Position numbers and translations under genes: made by a program. The notes under the pieces were generated by a model. That model made no database searches. It saw only the letters and a list, made by a program, of their open reading frames with translations, and was not told where the DNA came from. Below, piece by piece: positions 62,180 through 64,000 of a stretch of DNA of 64,000 bases; positions within the stretch are counted from its first letter, which is position 1; each line of letters opens with the position of its first letter. This stretch comes from Macrostomum lignano (lineage: Eukaryota): positions 5,794 to 69,793 of the forward strand of contig NIVC01002546.1 of NCBI GenBank assembly GCA_002269645.1, in the 5' to 3' direction.

Positions 62180-63253
62180 ATGGAGGCTGACAACGAAACC
62201 TCCACTACGGTGACGCAGAGAGACTGCACCGGGGAGGACGAGCACAGCAGAGATAAGTTCGCCTGTCCAATGCCGGACGTCTTAGCTGACAAGATTGCCG
62301 ACTGCGTAGTTTTATCGATCTTTATCGCTATTGGCGTTATTGGAAACCTGCTGCTGATCATTAGCATTCTGACAACAAAACGAATGCAGAAGCCGCAATA
62401 CTATTTTATACTGAGCATTGCCTCTGCCGACCTGCTCGTTAGCGATATGTCCTGCCGTGTGTGCTCTCTGCTCGCGATCTCTAATAAAGAACATATTCAC
62501 TGATGCGCAATGCATATTCAATGCTTTCGTGTCAATTGCTTGCACTGGCGTATCGAACAGCAACTTCTGTGCGAATTGCTCTGAACAGGTTAGGTGAAAA
62601 ATTTTGTCTCATAGTAATTTCTAATCCTAGAGTTTCTAAGATTCATAAGCTTCTTACCCGCAGATGCTGCTTTGTTATAAAGCGTCACATTTATAACAGA
62701 ATCTTTACGGGCCGATCAACGCTGCTTATAACTTTACTGATTTGGTAATTTGGTTTATCTACAGTGCTGTGAAAGTGCAACAGGTACTACATTTACCTTA
62801 CTGACGCCTTCGTATGCCTTCAACTTCCACGAGAAAAGCGTGTTCTCTGCTACCTTCATGCTGGCTGTATTCGGAGTGTTTGCCACTGGTGCATCTCCTG
62901 CTTTGCTTACGGAGCAATTTTCTGGAAACTGTATCGGATCAAGACGACCTGGGTGAATCAATCGAAACCACATTGAGAGACGAAAGGAGGCATTTACTAT
63001 CATGGTGGCTTTCCTGGTGTTTAACTCCTGCTGGGTGCCGTATTTGGTTCAGGCTATAGCTGAAAAGATGGAAGTCGATCTCACAGAAATGTTTCACAAG
63101 TACTCGGTGTGGATGTCATTTTTTAACAGCAGCATGAACGCCATAGTTTATGGTTTGCTAAATGCCGACTTTCGCGCGTCATACATGCGAGTGATCAAAT
63201 TCAAGGCCTTCAAGGCTAGACGCAATCGACAAGAGCCGAGTTTTGATCACTGA
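62180..63253 (+). pseudogene. Class A GPCR, melatonin-receptor/moody-like, with multiple frameshifts (pseudogene or consensus errors)
   Basis: IGVIGNLLLI (TM1), YYFILSIASADL (TM2), C.FNAF..IALNR split across frames (TM3), intron 62590-62663, CWVPY (TM6), W..FFNSSMNAIVYGLLN.DFR..Y (TM7). Confidence 0.78.
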
Positions 63254-63829
63254 CATTACCTACAATGAATGAAACCAATCTTTATGCAGCTTGGACTGCA
63301 AAAACCGCATATTTTTTTGACTAAAGCAACAATAGTCATTATTCGTTTTTAGCTCGTAGCTGCTTGCTTCTGTATGTAAGTTTTTTGATAGTTTAGCTCA
63401 CCCAAGTTGTAGAAAGCAGCCATTTTGACTCTTAAAGCCTAATACGAGTATATACGAACTAGCTGTATTGTGTATAGCTCTAATGATTTATTGCTTGCAG
63501 GAAAGTTTCGGATGTAGATTTAACTTAGACAAACCTGTAAAAGCACGAAAATAAAGGCATCGCTTCATGCATTATGGTACATCCGCTTTGCTTAAGTAAA
63601 TTATTTAAACTGTTGTTTTTTCACTGTCAGAATCTCTTTCCCATCTCTGCAAAACAAATCAAACACTATATTTGCCATTGGTCATATTTACTGTCTGAGT
63701 TTGTCTACCCAACGACTGACGCTATGGTCTATTGGATAGCAGCACTGTGTCTGAGCTGTGCTAAAGTCAGATATAAAATAATAATAACGCGATTGGCAAC
63801 CCAAAGATCCGGCATCAGAGCGACAGGCC

Positions 63830-64000
63830 TATGGAGGCTGACAACGAAAACCTCCACTACGGTGGCGCCAAGGGACTGCATTGAGGAGGAGGACGAGCAC
63901 AGCAGAGATTGAGTTCGCCTGTCCAATGCGGACGTCTTAGCTGACAAGATTGCCGACTGGTAGTTTTATCGATCTTTATCGCTATTGGCGTTATTGGAAA
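63830..64000 (+). pseudogene. Second tandem copy of the same GPCR 5' end, running off the window
   Basis: Near-identical to 62178-62346 (ATGGAGGCTGACAACGAAA..GCTATTGGCGTTATTGGAAA) with several 1-2-bp indels. Confidence 0.8.

Overview
Eukaryotic (invertebrate animal) genomic DNA with spliceosomal GT-AG introns, no operons and no CRISPR. The repeat and gene style is compatible with a free-living flatworm such as Macrostomum, which is inference only. Host genes: a partial LDLRAP1/ARH-like PTB adaptor (-, ~1.3-2.2 kb), a 5-exon ELOVL6-like elongase (+, 21455-23487), a 13-exon TRPA1-like channel (-, 27049-41737), an intronless rhodopsin-type peptide GPCR (-, 44835-46136), a 2-exon 548-aa protein built from two tandem modules with GIY-YIG-like signatures (+, 52985-55195), and a frameshifted melatonin/moody-like GPCR with a tandem duplicate running off the right edge. 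Mobile DNA: a complete 8.7-kb CACTA/EnSpm (CMC) element (11418-20100) with an intact transposase, an intact 5-exon accessory gene, a possible third convergent gene and a nested mariner; a 3.2-kb non-autonomous CCCAG-terminal element; a 5'-truncated LOA-like RT+RNase H LINE with a 13-bp TSD; two tRNA-derived SINE families (one CORE-type); and two internally deleted Crypton-like (tyrosine recombinase) units bracketed by long hairpins. There are many mini- and microsatellites. The best leads are the tandem GIY-YIG-like gene, the multi-gene EnSpm element and the Crypton hairpin/motif cluster. All assignments come from reading the sequence and recalling family motifs; no database search was run.
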